Shown one piece after another: positions 61,140-64,000 of a DNA stretch of 64,000 bases. The notes below the pieces were generated by a model that saw only the letters and a list, made by a program, of their open reading frames with translations, made no database searches and was not told the origin of the DNA. The translations under genes and the position numbers were made by a program. This DNA comes from Lama glama (Eukaryota), in contig CM052825.1 in the NCBI GenBank assembly GCA_028534125.1, positions 8,680,001-8,744,000 on the forward strand, read 5' to 3'. The number at the start of each line of letters is the position of its first letter. The first letter of the stretch is position 1.

Positions 61140-62605
61140 AGGGCAAATGTTTTGCATTTTGATGAGGTCCAATTTATCATTTAAAAAAAATAGATCATGC
61201 TTTTATGTCATGTCTGAGAACTCTTCACCAAGCCCTGGGTTTTGAAGATTTTTCTCCTAAAAGTTTGAGAACTTTCAGCTTTACATTTAAGTCTGTGATC
61301 TATCTTGAGTTATTTTCTGTGTTAGATGAGGCTTAGGTTGACTTTTATTTTTATGCCTATGGATGCCCATTGCTNNNNNNNNNNNNNNNNNNNNNNNNNN
61401 NNNNNNNNNNNNNNNNNNNNNNNNNNNNNNNNNNNNNNNNNNNNNNNNNNNNNNNNNNNNNNNNNNNNNNNNNNNNNNNNNNNNNNNNNNNNNNNNNNNN
61501 NNNGTCTGTCCCTCTGCCAGTGTCACGCAGTCCTGATCGCTGTAGCTATAGAGAAAGTAAGCCTGCAAACACTGATTCCTTCTGCTTTATTTTTTCAAAA
61601 TTGTTTTATCTATTCTAATTCCTCTGCCTTTCCATATACTTTAGAATAAGTTTGCCTCTGTCTGCAGAAAAATCTTGCTGTGTTTTCATAGGAACTGCAT
61701 TAAACCACCAGATTAATTTAAGGAGAACTGACATCTTTACCATGCTGAGTCTTCAGTCCAGGAACACAGCATGCCTTTCTGTTTATTTATATCTTTTTTG
61801 CTTTCTTCCATCAACATTGTGGTTTTCAGCGTATACATCTTATGTATCTTTTGTTAGATTTATACCTAAAGTATCATTTTTGGAGAGCAATTGCAAATAG
61901 TATTGTATATTTAATTTTGGTTTCTATGTTTTGTTAATATATAGAAATACGATTGATTTTTGTGCATTGATCTTGTATCCTGTGTCCTTGCTGAAATCAC
62001 TTATTAGTTCTAGGAGGGATTTTGGGGGTAGATCCCCTGGGATTTTCTTCATAGACAATCCTGTCATCTGCAGAAAGGGACAGTTGCATTTCTTCCTTCT
62101 TGATCAGTGTGTCTTTTATTTTCTTCTCTTGCCTTATTGCACCGACTAGGACTTCCAGCCATATGTTGAATAAGAGCAGTGAGAGTACACATCTTTGCTT
62201 TGTTCTCAATTTTAGAGCAGGAACATTCAGTTTTTTCTCATTAAGTAAGATGCTGGCTGTAGGTTTTTTGTAGATGTTCTTTGTCCAGTTGAGGAAGTTC
62301 CCTTCTCTTCCTAGTTTGCTGAGGGTCTTTATCACAAATAGGTGTTGATTTTGTCAAATGATTTTCTGTACCTATTTATATCATCAATTGATTTTTCTTC
62401 TTTAGTCTGTTAATACAATGAATTACATTGATTGATTTTAAAATATTGAACCAGCCTCGTATCCGTGGAATAAACCTGACTTGGTCACACGTATATTTCT
62501 TTTTATATATTGCTGAATTCTATTTGCTAATATTTTATCAAGAATTTTTGCGTCTTTAATCCTCAGGGATACTGATTTGTAGTTTTTTTCTTTTTGTACT
62601 TTGTA
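61140..62605 (-). mobile_element. LINE-1 ORF2 fragment (RT region), contains N-gap 61375-61503
   Basis: ORF 61997-62335(-) MIKTLSKLGREGNFLN..KNIYKKPTA...LLFNI.LEVL..AIRQEK...LSLSADD is decayed L1 RT. Confidence 0.95.
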
Positions 62606-62659
62606 AGTGTACTTACTGGGAAGGACAGGCAGAAGTGTGTCTACCCCATCTTATCTTGA

Positions 62660-62805
62660 ATGAGAAAGGAGCTTTTAAAAATCCTAATATCTAGGCTGTA
62701 CTCCAGATCAACTAATCCAGAATCTCTGAGGGTGGGACCCAGGCACTAGTATTGTTTTAAAAACTCCCAGGTGTTTCCAATGTGCAGCTAGAGTTTGAGA
62801 ATCAG
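62660..62805. mobile_element. MER5A-like element
   Basis: cagaatctctgagggtgggacccaggcact...tttaaaaactcccaggtg...agtttgagaa. Confidence 0.75.
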
Positions 62806-63384
62806 GAAACAAATTTACATGGAGGTATGAATGATTGATAGTTCATTTGTATCCATTAGGGTCTCAGCAAATGCTTCACAATAAGGAATGTCAACGAAAG
62901 GACCACTTCTAGAGCAGTGGGCAGAGTCAAGGGAACCTACAAAAGATGGGGAGGCATCAGGGATTGGCAATATCTTGAAGTTCTTACCACTCCTAGGTAT
63001 GAAGGGGCAGGAATGGAATTGGGGTTCCTGGATTATGATGAGACCTGTGGTTGTGATGCCAGAGACATGGCTAGGGAGCAGGAGAGATACACCCCAGCCT
63101 CTCTCTGCTCCAGCTATTGGATTTCCCACCTGTACTTCCTATTTACCCAAAGCTGGCTGACCCAGGAGGAGTCTAAGAGATACTGTCTTTGGTGGCATCA
63201 TCCTCCCAGAAGAAAAGCCAGCCAGAAAAGAGCAGAGGATGGATGGGGGGGGGTACCACACCCCTTTCAAATACTTGGATTTCAACCCAAGCAGATTTTG
63301 AGTTGGAGAAATAGGGGCCATCCAGATGAATGCAAGGGAAGGATATTCTGGTGTACTGGCTTTCTGAACAGGTCTTAACTCAAA

Positions 63385-63600
63385 GCACAATGTTTCTCCA
63401 CTGAAGTGGAGCAGTGCCATCTCTGGACCAGCAGCATCGGCACCACTCGGGAACTTGTTAGAAATGCAATTCCTACTGTATCAGATACTCTGGCAGTGGG
63501 GCCCAGTGACGTGTGTTTTAACAAGTGTCCCTTCCCCCATCCCCCTTCCCTCTTCCCAGGCGATGCTGATGTGTGCTTGAGTTTGGGAACCATCCTAGGG
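63385..63600. mobile_element. MER5-like element
   Basis: ggaccagcagcatcggcaccactcgggaacttgttagaaatgcaa...tgtgttttaacaag...agtttgggaacca. Confidence 0.8.
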
Positions 63601-64000
63601 GTTGGCATAAGTGAGCAAATACACAGGAAGCATTTTGAGAATGGAGGCAGATATGCAGCCAGCTTGGTGAAGGCAGGTGTGAAAGGAAGATGTGATTATT
63701 CTAGAATACCAAGATAAATAACAACTTGGAGAGACTTCCCTTCCTGCGCCTGCTGCCATACCTCCAGCTCACTGTTTCTGGTCATCATTCAGCAGTGTCG
63801 TGATAACTGTGGACCAGCTCATCAGCTGGCTCAGTGCTTTCTCCGCAGAGCCCCTTAGAAATACAGACACTGGGGCCCCAGCTCAGAACCTGTGATCCCG
63901 GGGCCCAGGAATCTGTATCCTCAGTGTTTCGCCTGGGGGTGGTGGTTGGAATAGCACCGAGCTGGAGGCTGTCCGGGGTCAACGCACGTGACTGAACATC

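Noticed and set aside
3654-61503. Long ORFs spanning N runs (3654-3833, 3984-4124, 33953-34114, 35078-35387, 49048-49200, 61375-61503)
   Set aside because: Artefacts of assembly gaps, all of which fall in or at the edge of interspersed repeats
1-64000. Numerous 60-230 aa ORFs in the six-frame track (e.g. 22293-22889, 37980-38681, 55556-56110, 56179-56769, 58569-59114)
   Set aside because: No recognisable domains; composition typical of chance ORFs in GC-rich DNA; many start at GTG/TTG or lie in LTRs. Short real exons could still be missed.
1-64000. CRISPR array, retron or other prokaryotic-type RT system
   Set aside because: DNA is eutherian; there is no repeat-spacer array, and both RT fragments are explained by ERV and LINE-1 origin

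Overview
Mammalian (eutherian) nuclear DNA, most likely camelid (camel/alpaca), judged from a tRNA-derived vic-1-type SINE at 9911-10046. It comes from a draft assembly with six N-gaps, all inside repeats. I recognise no host protein-coding exon, rRNA, tRNA gene or CRISPR array, so the window reads as intergenic DNA or a large intron. A large part is interspersed repeat: L1, L2, MIR, MaLR/MLT1, MLT2, LTR16-like, ERV1 LTRs, and Tigger and hAT DNA-transposon fossils. The only ORF-track entries with recognisable protein homology are retroelement remnants. The most informative structure is a class I (gamma-like) endogenous retrovirus at about 43590-45790. It has a 5' LTR, a tRNA-Ile primer-binding site, a leader interrupted by a TSD-flanked L1, a decayed gag, and an internal deletion joining the capsid N-terminus to an open RT core (YVDD), with no 3' half. 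Other notable items are a degenerate interstitial telomere-like array, a switch-like GGGCT tract, several repeat-free motif-rich islands that look like enhancers, and a candidate 38-nt exon. I cannot support a previously undescribed biological system from the sequence alone. Repeat family names are from memory of consensus sequences, boundaries without a stated TSD are approximate, and both need RepeatMasker/Dfam confirmation.
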